Numbered from the whole stretch's first letter, positions 37,988-51,720 are shown. The stretch: 61,613 nt of DNA, filler included, from Sphacelaria rigidula (GCA_964200075.2; 9 parts of 9 records of this genome joined end to end with filler, not necessarily neighbours in it); one strand, 5' to 3'. A program made the numbers and translations. Notes: a model not told the origin generated them from the letters alone.

Positions 37988-38387
37988 AACAACGTTCTCG
38001 TGAGATTGAGAATCGAGCGCTGATTGAGAGTGACTTTGATCATTCGCCTCAACTTTGCCGATTTTTCATTCCGTGTGTGCTTTCTTCGCCTTCATCACTG
38101 CCGTATGCTTACAGCTACACGTCGATGATATCCTACTCAGGAATATAGAGGATCTCAATGGCAGTTTTTGTTTTTCTTGGGTACGTCTACCATGAGACCA
38201 CGGCTGGACCCCTGGGGGGTCAGTTAAAGTGCGACAATCGATCAATCAATCAATCAGTGGCAAGCTACTACAGAGATGATATCGGGCCTCGTGGAGATGC
38301 ATTACGGAACTGAAACGGTTCATTCACTAATTGACCGCTTTCACTCTGAATCGTACCATCGACTCTCAATCTCACGAAAACAATGTT
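37988..38387 (-). mobile_element. MITE family C, copy 3 (inverted), carrying a retroposon tail insertion
   Basis: Reverse complement of copies 1 and 2, with an extra 90 bp at 38164-38253. Confidence 0.8.
38164..38253 (+). mobile_element. 5'-truncated non-LTR retroposon 3' end with (TCAA)n tail
   Basis: Ends GATCAATCAATCAA. 9-bp TSD TCAATGGCA / TCAGTGGCA. Similar ends near 33554 (-), 55575 (+) and 58740 (+). Confidence 0.7.
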
Positions 38388-40964
38388 GGAACATTATGGT
38401 CACCGGTAATAATGTCGTGCTTAATTAAATTGCAACACACTCCAGTAGAATTCATAGTATGGAAATGGGGCAGTACGCTCAACTCCCCGCGACCAGCCGT
38501 CAGGGACGCCAGTACTCGAAGCCCGAACCCCCTGTCCCCAGCGCCAAAATTTCGGAGTGGAAACGCTGATGTCCAGTCCTATCTACTCGTAGCATCGCGC
38601 GAAATCGGCTCCAATCCAGCTCGAAGCACACGATGAAAATCTTCATCTGAAACTATCGAGGCAGAACGACGACCGCGCCCGCCGCCACCTCCGCTCCCGC
38701 CAGAGCCGCTAGGAACATTCCCAGAAAAATTTTCGACCCCCGCCGTCGCGTCTCCAATTTCACTGGTGGATGAAGGTGCGTCGCGACCACCCAGGTGGCG
38801 TTCTTCGAAAAAAAGATAGTCTCTGTTTTTGCGAAGGGAAGCGAAAAAGGCTGCAGTAAGCACAGGGCGAAAGCGAGCTTTTGTGCGTGCGTGCGTTCCT
38901 TCTTGTGAGGAGTACACAGGTGAGAGTCAAGAGAGGTTTCAGCCCCAGTGCGAGCGATGCAGCGATCGCCACCCACCAACCCAGCCACAGAGCACGATAG
39001 CCAGTTAAGACTACATGGAGCACCTCATATGGGCGACATGGGCGAGAATGATCCCAAACGTGGGAGTTCCCAGCTGCTCGGTGTGCTCGGCTTCATCATT
39101 TTGATTAACTTGTAGATTTTGCTCCTCAAACTAGGCACTTCTTGTTCTTTTCTTTTGGGGGCGGGGGGGGGGGGGCAACTAATGCGGCATCACTCGTGAG
39201 NNNNNNNNNNTTTTCTTTATCTTTTTGTCTCGTCTTGTTGGGTGGCGGGTTTTGTGGCTTTGGGGGTGGGGGGGGGGGGGGGGGGGGGCAACTAATGCGG
39301 CATCACTCGTGAGCTGTTTTTTTTCCTCAGAGTATGGCAATGTTCCGGCGACATGTTATGGACGGTGACCCGGGGTAACGAAACATCCGTTCCACAGTAA
39401 AATTCCTGGAATTCATGCCCGGAAACAACACCCCGAGCTAGAAGTGTTCGCGTGTTCAGGGCACGGAAATACCTCGGTATTCAGATCAACACCCCAACTA
39501 TAATGGATAAATGGGTCAAACAGTGAGCGACAAAACACACGTTCCAGGTCCGTTCACCCCGGGATTTCCGTCTACCTGGACATGCATTTGTTCCTGAAGC
39601 GGGCATTTCACATCTAAACCAGTGACAGCTCACTGATTCATAGCTTCAACGTCCCCCTAGGAGCAGAATACATGGTGTGTGGTCAGTCCCGGCGTAACAT
39701 ATCAGACATGTCTGGAGCCCTAGACATCTCCGGAGCCCCGAGCCCCTCGCAAGCTCATCTGCCCAAGTTTCGAATTCCACGACACCAACTACTCGTCCCG
39801 AAAACTTAAACTCCTGATCATTTGTTCCATAAGCAAGCTTTCGAACACTAAATTAGTGATTCTTTCGCCGCTCGTCGAGAGGTGTGGAGTCAACGGAGCG
39901 TTATCGGCTGAGAAATTGCACGAAACACAATATACCTTGCCCCTAATCTCCACAAATATTCCAACATGAGCGACCCTTTCGCCATTTTTTGTGCCAGGTA
40001 TTCCACGTCCAGACATGCTCTCTCACGGATCCGGTGCGCGCGTCTCCAAAACATACTCTCTCTCCACCCGAGTACGCATACCATCAAGTCGACGTGATCA
40101 CACGGAAAAGCAACATCAAGCAAAACGCACGCCAGGCTCACGTTCTACACGGCATTTAATACTCGGAATTTCATCCGGAGTACTACGCGAGCCATAAAAT
40201 TACTTCATGCGGTTTACGCTCGTGCGATTAACCGAAACATGAGCAGGTTTCACACACCAGCAAAAACACATTCGCACTTCGCACAGTTCCACGCCATGAG
40301 CCTTGCAACAGCCATTACCCAAGCGGCTCGTACCCATTCAACCGCCAGACTAATGCCCCCACATCTGAGAGATCGCTTCATCGCATCCCCCGACAACAGA
40401 AGGAGTACACCCTGACCAGCACGACCATTACAGATCACACGACACACCAGCAGCGATGCCACGACCAAACCCATCGACACAACAAACAATACCAGAAAGC
40501 GGGAAGCGTCGAATACGGAATGTGCCAGCCTTCCGCGAACAAATGTCAGCCTCCATATTTTCTCCAACACCACCCCGGGCGAGGGGCCTCATATCGGGAA
40601 ATCCATGCACCACCGCTACCCCCCCTGCCCGCCGTCGAGAGTGAGGAAAATGCCAAATCCATTTGGGAAAAACCTTATTCTTCCTATTTCTCCACTAGTA
40701 TACGGAATTGAACGATCATTTCGATATCTCCAGGTTCGCCTCAACGTGAGCAGCCCAATACCGAGGAGTTTTGATATGTCAGTTGTTCTTGTGGCGATCG
40801 GGGAGCAATTTTGCCGGCTGGAAAATGACTTTTGAGTCGCGGTGATCACTGGATAATGAATGCCGCGTCCCGCTGGCTTTTGCCAGACCGGTTGTTACCG
40901 ACCTGGCACTATCGCAGTGATAGGGCCGCCATGCTAAGGAGGGCGGTGTACGACGAACAGTTCT

Positions 40965-41044
40965 GTACTGCTACTGTGTTGTGCTGTGTGTGTTGTCATC
41001 TCATCTATTCTGAGCGCCGGTCTACACCTTTCGGTATATGTGGG
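40965..41044 (-). mobile_element. SINE 3' end (cut by contig end)
   Basis: GTTGTCATCTCATCTATTCTG..GTCTACACCTTTCGGTATATGTGGG is the reverse complement of the SINE 3' end. Confidence 0.8.
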
Positions 41045-41144
41045 NNNNNNNNNNNNNNNNNNNNNNNNNNNNNNNNNNNNNNNNNNNNTTAATTAATTAA
41101 NNNNNNNNNNNNNNNNNNNNNNNNNNNNNNNNNNNNNNNNNNNN
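41045..41144. other. Artificial contig spacer
   Basis: Same 100-nt spacer. Confidence 0.97.
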
Positions 41145-42019
41145 CCCCCCTCCCTATGACTCCCCGTCCGACAAAAGTTATAGACTTGTTGTTGCATTCG
41201 GTTGTTGTTGTGATTCTAGTGTTTTCGAGTCGCGACAACAATCGCACACCCAATATACTGTGCCGGGCACACTGTACGCGTCATGGAGGATGACCACCTT
41301 ACTATATACGCGAACGAAGAGTTTCCGGTATGAATATCTGGCGGGTAGCGTAATCGTTGACAAGACGCCGGTCACCTGTGAGGCATCCGAAACGTCCTCA
41401 TAAACCACAGGCACGACGCTTAGACAATCGCCTTGTTACACCGAGTGTTTCTTTAGTGAGTGACAGCAACAAGCGACTAGTAAGGCGTCCGTACAGGTGG
41501 GTAGGATGCGTTTCGGGGGGGTGCTTCCGCTCGAAACTCTTTCCGCGGCGTGCAATACGTTTGGGAAAATGTGACCCCAAACGGCCGAGGTCGCACTAAA
41601 ATCAAGTGCAAGCAACGAAATCTGGGTGTTTGCTACTACCTCAAGGAGTTACCATCACGATGATGACTAATGCTTCCGTGTTTAGCGATCGGTTTCATGG
41701 ATGGGTCGATTGATTCAAATTGCCGCACATTAAGTGTTGCCCCCGGAGATCCAACCGTGGTCACATGATGGACATACCCGACATATAACAAATCGGAAAT
41801 TCTCGGTGAAGGAAAGTGGAAAAAAAACTAAATCAATCAGCACCCATCGTAATAACACATTGTTCAACGAAGAAAAGAACAAAAATCCATATGAATGCAT
41901 ATATATATATATATATATTCGGTTCTAGAGTTCGTTCACCACTATTATTATACCCGTCGGAACACAATGACACCTGAATATGTGTACGTGTGTGTGTGTG
42001 TACCTAACGGCCAACACAG

Positions 42020-42136
42020 GGGGTGACGCGCGAGACGATGTTTTCGAGCGACAACGATTTCACGTTCAACGACGTGCTCGTCATGTTCGTCGTCGACACG
42101 ATCGTCTTCGCGTGCCTGGCGTGGTATGCCGCAAAT
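42020..42136 (+). CDS. ABCA: Internal exon of an ABCA-subfamily ABC transporter (end of first transmembrane domain)
   Basis: CTAAC branch site, CAG acceptor (42017-19), GTGAGT donor (42137), 117 nt, phase 0/0, strong C/G-ending codons. GVTRETMFSSDNDFTFNDVLVMFVVDTIVFACLAWYAAN matches the ABCA TM6 pattern GVT..........F......M...D........WY...V.P, recognised by eye. Confidence 0.82.
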
Positions 42137-45100
42137 GTGAGTACTACTAATACCTCAAGTGAAGAATACAGCTTTGATGATCAGCCGTCGGTCCTTAAGT
42201 GGGCGAGAGCTCGTAGGATTACGTGAATCCGATTTTCGACTGTAGAGCACTCATTCCATGAGAGGTCGCCGGAATACGTGGGAACTTCCGAGTTGGCAGA
42301 ATATTAGGAAAGTGCGAGGGAAGACCGCTGGCTGCCGGAGGACCCGTTCAATGTCCATTCAGTGTTGGAGTTCTAGGCAAAAGCGCAGTCCGGGGAGAGA
42401 TGAATTGATTACTCCCTTAAGCCTACGGACTCATACCGAGGACGGAGGTGGGCGGGTGAAATCATTATCTAGCATGCCGAGACCGTCGACTTCCTATTCC
42501 TAAAAGCCGGGGCGGAGCACGCCGGGGTTTCGCCGGACCAAGCTCACCATCAATCACCGAGCGCAAATCGCATCCCAAGGATGTGGGATAGGTTGTGTTT
42601 GTGTGTGCGTGAGGGGGGGGGGTCATGATCTTGCATACTGTAGCAGTATGACCGTTGACTTTACATTCCTACAAAGCCGGGACGGGGCACGCGGGGTTTT
42701 AGCAAGTCGGGGGGGGCGGAGGACGCGGAAGGGGGGGGTGGTCGGAAGTGCAACCCAAAATAATGGAAATGCCTGCTCGAGTACGCGTTTTGTAGGTAGT
42801 GTGCTGAGGGATGCTATGGTAGGGGTGCGCAAATAGTTTTTAAGGTACGAGTGGTTAGGAGCCCCTTATTTCATGCCAAAAACGCTGAAATGATGACAAA
42901 AACAGCGTTTTCCGAAACTCTCTACTACGTATTTCTTTTCAGTGGATGTACTGTATTCATGTTTGAGCAACCCACCACGTATGAGTGATAGAAGATAGCA
43001 CCACCCACGCAATCCAATACGAAGTGCATTATTTCCCTCCGTCATACGCTTTCGGCTTGAAAACCAGAATGCCCACTCTATACCGTTCATTCAGAATTGG
43101 TTCACGACAAGCAAGCACGTGCTGCATACGTGCTGCATACGTGCTGCAGAACAACAGGTCATCCATACACAGGATCAAATTAACCGAGTCTTTCGCGCAC
43201 TTCATAACTTTGCCCCCGTACAGATAAAAATATACACACTGACACTGCTTTTTTGTGCCCAGTATACTGAACAGGCTACTCAAAATGCCCTGGCATGTGT
43301 TGTACATCCATGGGTGAGTCGCAACGTGATTGTGTAGGCTTGCTTTTTTTTACGAGCGTCTATTAGGAGAAAGCTCTTGTCATCCCTTTGCTGTTGTTCA
43401 TTTTTTTTTTTTTCTGAGACCGCGATCGTAATCCAGCACCTTTTGTCAGTGCCTGTGGTTTTGTTTGGAATATTTGCGCTCCCCTCGTTTCTGTAATGAG
43501 TACGCCCCCCCCTCGTTTCTCTGTGTATTTGTTTCCCGTTCCATTCGCGGTTTCTCTGGTGGCGAATATTCCCGTCGATACCTTCGTCGTTCAGGATCAC
43601 CCCACGGTGGGCTTCGTAGCCGCTGAATCGACACCCGCCAATCTAGCAAGTACCACACGACGGGCGATCAATCGATCGACAAAATCGAGCACTCAACTTT
43701 GTCCCGCGCGTGCAATGCCTCGTTGATGGTTATCCCAATGCTCCTCGCACGCGCTCCTGCTTCCTGTACAACCAATACCCCATGCATGTGCAAAAATGTA
43801 AATATGCTGTAGGTGCTTCCATCCGAATGGGGGACGTCTCAGAAGCCGTGGTTCATCTTCACCAAGACCTACTGGCGTCCGGCGCTCGCCAGCAGGTGAG
43901 AACCTGCCCTTGGGCTATTTGATATCGCACGGTGTGTGCATAGGACCTGAGCGAAATGACCCGAGTGCTTCCGGATCTTCGACCGCTATCTCTTTCCATT
44001 TCTCGCTCGGTGGTGGGTTCCTGTGGGTCTGTTCCGTCTCCTGATCTGTCTCTCCTGTGCCCGTTTCTGCCGGTCTGGAGAAATGCTACGGTAGGGATGC
44101 GCTTCTTGCGCAAAATCTTGTCTGGTTCAGGGGCTCCTAACGATTCTAGATGCACAAGAATTTGGATCAGGGAATCCCCGTTTGTAAATCCATTCGGGAG
44201 TCTATAGCACATTGGGATGGTAATCCTGGCGTACTCTCACGTACTTCATGAGTCGTGTTTTGGATGAGATCAAGGGCTCCTGACAATTCTAACCTCGAAA
44301 AATATTTGTGCACCCCTGCCGTAGCGTCACTCTCTGCCGATCCGCCCGTTTTGTCTACAAGACGAGCTACAGAAGAAGCAAACGAGCAAAATATTTTCCA
44401 CCCCCGCTCTGCCTGCCCACTTCTCCCCGTGGAGGACCGTTTTGAATGAACGTTTTACAGTAGTATGTGGTTTACTCGTTGTCTAGCTTTTTTTTCCCAG
44501 AGAAACCAGAACCTCTGCTCCCCTATATACCGAAGACACTCGATCGCAATGGATGCTGCGAGCCATGCATTTGCTGCATTTGTCATACCCTACCGCGTAC
44601 AATGTGTTCAGCATGGTTCAGGTGTGGTATGGTTTGCCGCCGTGGTCCGGTGATCTAGATTAACGTGGTACACAACGGAAACCAGTAAGCGTGGAAGATG
44701 ACGTGATCGTATCTTGGTAGATGCATTGGGATCTTTTTCTGAGAAGTATCTGATTTTCGTCTCTGAAAGCGTGAGATCATGGGCACTGCGGCGAATAAAG
44801 TTCACGCATTTCGGGAGTGCCGATGGTCATGATCCAATCCCTGGTACCAAAACGAAGGGCTTGTGCCGCGGGAGAGAGATGGGTTTGTTGGTTCTTTGAG
44901 ACCACTGACTCGTCCTGATGAAGGAAGAGGAGAGGGTGGGGAGGGAGGGGGGAGGGGCGTTGAAAATGTGACGAACGAAGGCAAAATCTGCAGAACCCCG
45001 TTCGTTATCATCACTCCCCGCCGCTGCCCCGCTACTGTACCAATGAACACTCTCTCGCCTACGCCCGACGATTTTTTATACTCCGACTACAACAACGAAT

Positions 45101-46213
45101 AAAAGGGGCACGATGAAAGACAGCAGACAAGTACTGGCCGTAGATGAAAGCGAGAACAGGGAATCCGTGGAGCCAGTTTCAGAGCAGCTGAGAGCACAAG
45201 TGCCGGCGGGAGAGTGCGTCGCCATTCGTGGTGAGAGTCGGTTTACACCGTAGACGTTGTTGAAGTGTACCTGTTTTTGGTCTTTTTCTATTCGCCTTTT
45301 CTGGTGTCTGGATTAAAACAATGAAAGTCTTTCGAAAAAGGAGGTCGAAGGAAACAACCATTTGATCATTCCGGAAATGAGCACATGTACGTTCGTCGTG
45401 TGTGTGCGCAGCTCAATTATTTTTGTCTGCTCTGCTATTTTTTTCATTGACGATGTTGGAAACTGAAATAAGGCAAGCTTTTGAACACTTATTCACCGCC
45501 GAAAAATACATGATCATATCAAATACCGTTGTCGTCATGCTTTTTCCCTCACTTATAATGTCGGTTTACGAGGACATCTTATATTGCGATCACACACTTG
45601 GGAGAGAGGGGTTAATCCCTTAAGACCACGGACTCATCCCGAGGAAGGGGAGGGGTTCAAAGTATGAGGGAAAACACACACACATACACACACTTTTGAT
45701 TACCATGTGAAATGGGAGTAGACCGCACGAAACAGCCAGCACTACAATACGCGTGTCATCGACGGTTTTCGTACCGGTGCATCATTTTGTTTATATGAGT
45801 GCATACGCTTCTTGTGCACAGCCTTTTTTCAGCTGAAGCCTGAAGCCATGCTGCAGGGGCTGACCATTTTCGGGTTTGTTCCGCCTCTTAGCTTGTTTTT
45901 ATTTCGTGATATATTTTCTTGTAGTTCTCCCCTGTTCCCTTCCCTTCCCTTCCCCTTTTGTTGTGGAAATGATGTATGCATTATTCGTGTACATACATGT
46001 ATGCACTATCCGTTTATATACGTACTTTTCGAGCATGGCGTTGCATATTTGGTCTGCGTTGCCATTCATAATTTGGACGATTAGCGTGTATCGGAGCGTA
46101 TACCCCCCTTAGACGCTTTGCCGGTCAATCCGAGGACCTCGAGAAGCCTCGTGGCTACCATCGGAATAATAATCGTTGAAAAAAACGAACTTTCAGGAGG
46201 TTGCTCAGGGAGC

Positions 46214-47166
46214 CTTGCATTGTCGTGCAAGTTCTATCTGGGACATCGTATCCATCTAGAACATCCATATGGTGTATCAGATCTATCTGGGACACCTGTC
46301 TTGGGCATTTCATCCGTCAGAGATGTCCATCTGGGACATCGTATCCATCTAGAACATCCATATGGTGTATCAGATCTATCTGGGATATCCATCTGGGGTA
46401 TTGTTTCCATCAGGGATGTCCATCTGGGACATAGTATCCATCTATAACATCCATCTGGTGCATCAGATTTAGCTGGGACATCTATCTGGGGTATTGTTTC
46501 CATCAGAGATGTCCATCTGGGACATCGTATCCATTTAGAACATTCATCTGGTGTATCAGATCTATCTGGGACATCTATCTGGGGTATTGTTTCCATCAGA
46601 GATATCCATCTGGGACGTCATATCCATCTAGAACATCCATCTGGTGTATCAGACCTATCTGGGACATCTATCTGGGGTATTGTTTCCATCAGAGATATCC
46701 AACCGGGATATCATATCCGTCATCTGGGATATGGATCTCCATTTTGATATCTTCACTTGGGAACTCCCTCTGGAATGTCCATATTCCAGGGATGTATATC
46801 CCGGAGGGATGTCCACGTCCCAGATGGACATCCCAGATGGACATCCATGTCCCAGAAGGGCATCCTACTAGATGGATGTCCACATCCAAGATGTGACGGG
46901 CCCATATCCCAGACACACATCGTAGATGGACGCTGATATCCCGGATGGGCACAATATCCCGGATGGGCATGATATCTCAGATGAATGATATCCCAGATGG
47001 ATGTGGTATCCTAAATGGATATGATGTCCCTGATGGATATTGTATCCCTGATGGATATGATATCCCTGATGGGACATGATATCCCAGATGGATATCATAT
47101 CTCAAATGAGTATTGGCATCCCAGATGAAAATGGTATCCCGCATGGAAATTGCACGAAGATACAAG
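46214..47166. repeat. Fold-back element built of GATGTCCATCTGGGACATC-type repeats with a 93-bp higher-order period
   Basis: 93-bp units at ~46234-46700. Reverse-oriented shorter units at ~46815-47145. Imperfect terminal inversion CTTGCATTGTCGTGCAAGTTCTATCTGGGA / TCCCGCATGGAAATTGCACGAAGATACAAG. Confidence 0.85.
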
Positions 47167-47901
47167 ACCGTGCCAGGTCCTGAACTACTCTGCCTACAAT
47201 CACCACAACTCGGAAGTCTCCTGTAGTACCTAGGCTTCTCCTACGGTTATCTAGGGCAANNNNNNNNNNGTCACGAGTCGACTCATGATACTAAAACCAA
47301 GTAGTTTCCAGACGAATCATTGTTTGTCCGACCCTTGAAATATTGCACTGCGGTTCATTACGCATTAACAGAAACTGCCGACTTGTCAGCTTTTCGGCGC
47401 GTTCAATTCTGATTTTTTTCCCGCTGATCGCTAGCTATCATTTGCATGCTACCTGTTCTCTGTTGCTTGTCTCGCCTCCTTTTTGTGCGGTAGCTGCAGC
47501 TCGTATTCTCATTTTGTTTTGTTTATTGTCGTTTTGAGCCGTTAAAAAACATCCGGCACACTGTGGGCATGGCCGTTTTACCATGTACGGATAACATGAT
47601 CGCCTCGTGCGACGTGAAACAGTTTTAAGACGCGATCATGCAGATTTCATTCAGCATGGTATCCATGCTGTATGGATTAAGGTGGGATATACATCAAAGC
47701 ATGCCAAAATGTTTTGTTTTTAATGTCAGGTACCCGTACCGCTATTCTAGTCGCCTCTGATGCTGCACCACGTCTTCCGCGTGAGTGCCTCTCTTGTGAT
47801 ATGGGCGTCTGTATATCAAGAGCCATGCTACGATGGGGGGGGGGGGGGTGTTCTCGTGAGGGGGTAGTCTTGATAAAGCATGCCATAGTGATAAGACCAT
47901 T

Positions 47902-48001
47902 NNNNNNNNNNNNNNNNNNNNNNNNNNNNNNNNNNNNNNNNNNNNTTAATTAATTAANNNNNNNNNNNNNNNNNNNNNNNNNNNNNNNNNNNNNNNNNNN
48001 N
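47902..48001. other. Artificial contig spacer
   Basis: Same 100-nt spacer. Confidence 0.97.
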
Positions 48002-48115
48002 GGAGCGTGGTACGTGCAGGGACTGACCCGATTGGTTTTGAAAACCGTCGATCCTAAGGTATTTTGAACTACGGCGCGGTCCTCTAAGCACGCGGTCCTC
48101 TCACGTATTACACCG
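48002..48115 (-). mobile_element. MITE family B, partial, abutting the copia 3' LTR
   Basis: Reverse complement of 13717-13800. Ends GCGGTCCTCTCACGTATTACACCG. Confidence 0.8.
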
Positions 48116-48723
48116 ACAGCGGTTGCTCCGCATACACACCAAACGACACATGCTACCTGCGCTGTGTTACTGAGCACTGCCTGGATAGTCTATGCCAAAG
48201 TATATCCCTAACACTCCCCCTCGATAGAAGTTGCCTGCGCAAAAAACACTCCGTGTTACCTGGTTGTCGATTTCAACTACTTAACCCCAATGGTTACCTC
48301 TCACTCCCCCCCAAGTGTCAACTTGATATGGTGCTTCTTACCATAGAGCTTACGTTGGCACGATATCTTACGGGAAAAAAACGTCAATTACCAAACAAGT
48401 TTTCAATTGCTTTTAGAGTTTCCACCTGCTTGCCATGAGCCAAACCAATTCCATTTCTACTACAACAGCAATGAATGATAGCTGTTGAACATGTCGCATA
48501 CTATGTATGAGTTACACTGCCTTATGAGAAATGTAAACTACACGCGGATGTTGTCGTACCTTCAGAACGACTACTTGTACTACTCCCTCTGCAACACCGG
48601 TGCTGCAAGAAACTCTTACGGGATTATTGAAACCAAAACAAGAAAAACGATCATGCAACAGATCTGGCAGCACCTACAATGCCTCTCATAAAACAAACTC
48701 GAAAACGATTCATGAAATCACCA

Positions 48724-50570
48724 TCAACACAACGTGATGCGCCCGGAGTACTTCTGACTAACGCCAATCGTTGACACAGATGCTGAGCCCCTCCCTTCAT
48801 TTCCTGTGATGATGACGTGATTGACGTTGAAGATCCTTGACCAAGATTCTTGTCGCTGTGTCCAGGCTCTAAAGCTCTTGATTTTGTTGATGAGGCACCG
48901 GTAACGCTTCTTGTTGAGGTGTTTCGTTCCGATATCAGCAAGTTTATCCTCCGTGGATATGTGGTGGATCTTGACCTCGCCCTCCTTCACAATTTCGCGG
49001 ATGTAGAAGAAACGTAAGGCTACGTTCTTCGTGCGAGCACTGATAGTCCGATTGCCGATTTCATGGAGTGTAGCCGTGTTGTCGATGTATAGTGGCTGGC
49101 GCACGCTATCAAACTCCACCTCGACTCCCAACTCCGTCGTCATATTTGAGCAGAACGCCGCCTGCTTCATCGCTAGCGCCGCAGTCACCATCTTGGCTCC
49201 CACTGTTGACATGGCCGTGAGACTCTGCAGCCCCGACTTGAAGCTCACCGGGGCGTTTGCCATCATCATGAAGTACGATGACATCAACTTGCTGTTGTCA
49301 GGGTTGTTGCCCCAGTTGGAACCCGGAAACCCTGTGAGGGCGAATCCTCCCTTCTTGTAGGTGATACTGTAATCCGTCGTGCCGGCGAGGTAGCGAAGAA
49401 GATGCTTTGCGGCAGCCATGTGAATCTTTGAAGGTTTCGACATGGCCCGAGCGAGCTGACTGGTGGCGTACATGCAGTCGTCACGAGTGACCTGAGTAAG
49501 ATACATCACTGAGCCAGTGATGGCCTGGTAGCGCTGTTTATCCACCGCGTTGAGAAGCTTCTCCTCCGGCTGTTCCAGCGATAGCTCCGCACCGAACCTA
49601 GGTGTGCTCAGAGGGTTGCAACTTCCAATGCCGAACCTCTCCAGCACAAACTTCGTGTAGTTCTGCTGGCTAATGGTCAGTGTGCGCTTCTCGCGGTCCC
49701 GCGTGACCTGCACACCAAGAATGAGTGACATGCTCCCCATGTCAGTCATCTTGAACCGTCTCATCAGCTTCTTCTTGATGATCTCGAGCACCGGAATGTT
49801 TCCACCAAAAACAAAAACGTCGTCAACGTAAAGCGTAAGGATGATGATCGTGTCACCGTTGTTGTATACGTAGACGCATGTGTCAGACTTGAGAGGCACG
49901 AATCCAATTTCGACCAAATACGAGTCGATGGTTCCCCGCCAGTTCTGTGGACTTTGAGCCAGCCCGTAGGGACTCTTGTGTAATTGCATCACGAGCGGAA
50001 TTTCCGTCTTCAGTGTGGTCTCGTACCCAGGCGCCATCTTGACATACACCTCCTCCTCGAAGTCCGCGTTAAGAAACGCCGTTTGCACGTCCAGCTGGTA
50101 GACCTCCCACTTCATCTCCGTCGCTATGGTGAGCACCATGCGGATGCTTTGCAGTCTGCATACCGGAGCGAAAGTGCCACCGCAGTCCCTGCCTGGCAAC
50201 TGACTCGAACCCTGAGCTACCAGGCGCCCCTTGTGGGTTCCGTAGGACTTCATCTTATATACGCACCTCTACCCGATCGCCTTCATTTCCAGAGAAGTCT
50301 TGGAGGAAGATACCAGGGGTAGACCCCGAGTTCCTGCAGACTCTTCATCTCCTTGTCGAACGCAGCTTTCCAGTGTTGTGCTTCCGGTAGCTCCATAGCC
50401 TCCTTAAAAATGGTCGGAATTGGGGTCACCTTCTCCCCGTCCGAGTGATATTGTAGTTGGGTATTGGTGGCAGCGAGGGCGTATTCCAAAAAATTTAGGG
50501 CGTCCTCGCGGGGGGCAACGTCTGCCACCACCTCCTTGGTGTAGTATGTTAGCGAATTGAGTTCGCGCAA
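48724..50570 (-). pseudogene. Copia reverse transcriptase (RVT_2) and RNase H
   Basis: WKAAFDKEMKSL, KGRLVAQG, QLDVQTAFLN, YGLAQSPQNW, LYVDDV, YQAITGSVMY, IDN, RTKNVALRFFYIRE, ADIGTK. Frameshift near 50270. The first RNase H catalytic Asp is lost (GFPGSNW). Confidence 0.93.
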
Positions 50571-50657
50571 AGTTGCCGCGCTAACTCCGTCTTCGGGCGT
50601 GTTGGGATTAGCGAGAGGTTTACCGCTGGATCGTGTCGCCGGGCGACGCCGCGCATA

Positions 50658-51720
50658 TCATGTTCGGGCGGAAGGGATGCTCCGCGCCTTGGAACGAGAG
50701 GCACCTCCCGCACCAGACAAAAATGCCTCTTCTGAGGCATTTGAATATGCTCCTCCTGATCCTCCACTCGGCATAGCTTCCCTCGGCGAGCTCTTCCCAG
50801 GCGATGCAGACCCTGACCCAGCGCGTACGCGCAGATCACGAGCGGTAATTTCGCGGATTTTCTCCAAGATGTTCCGAAGTTCGTCGTTATCCGATCCCGA
50901 TATATCGATGCCCGCAATGTGGTTGAGCGGCAAACTCAGGTCAAGGCGTGAGGTGTAGTTCCTCACGTCCCTCACAGATTGGTCATGGTCCTGGTACGTG
51001 AAACCAGTGTCGTTGAAATCGCCCGTCAATTCCGGAACCCTCAGGGTAGACGGCGTCTCGATACGAATGACGTTGCCGTGCTCCCTCACGTTCGTCTTTG
51101 CTAGATTGTAGATCCTAAACGACTTGCTGTCCATGTTGTATCCACAGAGCCGTCCTTCCCAAGCCTGTGGATCGAGCTTCTTGGTGTGCGTTTCAACGTG
51201 AACAAAGGCCCTGGCCCCAATGGTCAGAAGATGTCCAAGGTTTTCGTCCTTGCCGTAAACACTTTTGTGCGGCGTGGCATTTCCCAGTTCTGCACGCGGC
51301 ACCCGGTTTGCTAGGTATACCGAGGTTTGCACGAGTTATCCCCACAGAAAATTCGGCAGGCCGGAGTCCGTGAAGAGGCAGCGCACCATCCCGTCGACAG
51401 TCCTCCCGTCACGCTCGCAGGCACCAATCTGCTTTGGTGTGTTTGTTGAGGCGAACTCGTGTCGAATGCCAGTCTGAAGACAGTAGTCCTTGAACGTATC
51501 ACCGGTGTACTCTCCGCCTCTATCCGTGCGGAGGCGCTCGACTCGCAACTCGCTGGGAACTACGAGCGCTTGCATGAACATTTTGAGAGAGTCGAGGGAG
51601 TCGCTCTTGTCCTGAATGAGGAATATCTCCTTCCACTTGGTAACCTGGTCGGTGAACTTGCTGACGAAATTGTAGCCCCCTAGCGCGGGAGGAGTGATGG
51701 GCCCATAAGGTCGGTGTAGG
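50658..51720 (-). pseudogene. Copia integrase core and C-terminal region
   Basis: TDL.GP, LRTDRGGEY, TPKQIGACERDGRT, LPNFLWG, VYLANRVP, KKLDPQAWEGRLCGY. Frameshifts and stop present. Confidence 0.92.

Noticed and set aside
38579..38850. Gly/Ser-rich exon-like segment on the minus strand after CTGCAG
   Set aside because: No recognisable homology, no donor before the stop and no partner exons; too weak to call.
39160..39315. Direct repeat poly-G-CAACTAATGCGGCATCACTCGTGAG
   Set aside because: The copies flank a 10-N gap next to a homopolymer; probably an unmerged contig overlap.
39330..40900. Cys-containing fragments (CAKCEC, CVSC) as a Fanzor/TnpB or KDZ transposase
   Set aside because: I found no RuvC or KDZ catalytic motifs in the frames examined, and stops are frequent; a profile search would be needed.
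46118..47165. Repeat-protein ORFs (METIPQIDVPDRSD..., HLGHRIHL...)
   Set aside because: ORFs are open on both strands only because the repeat periods are multiples of 3; there are no splice signals or coding bias.
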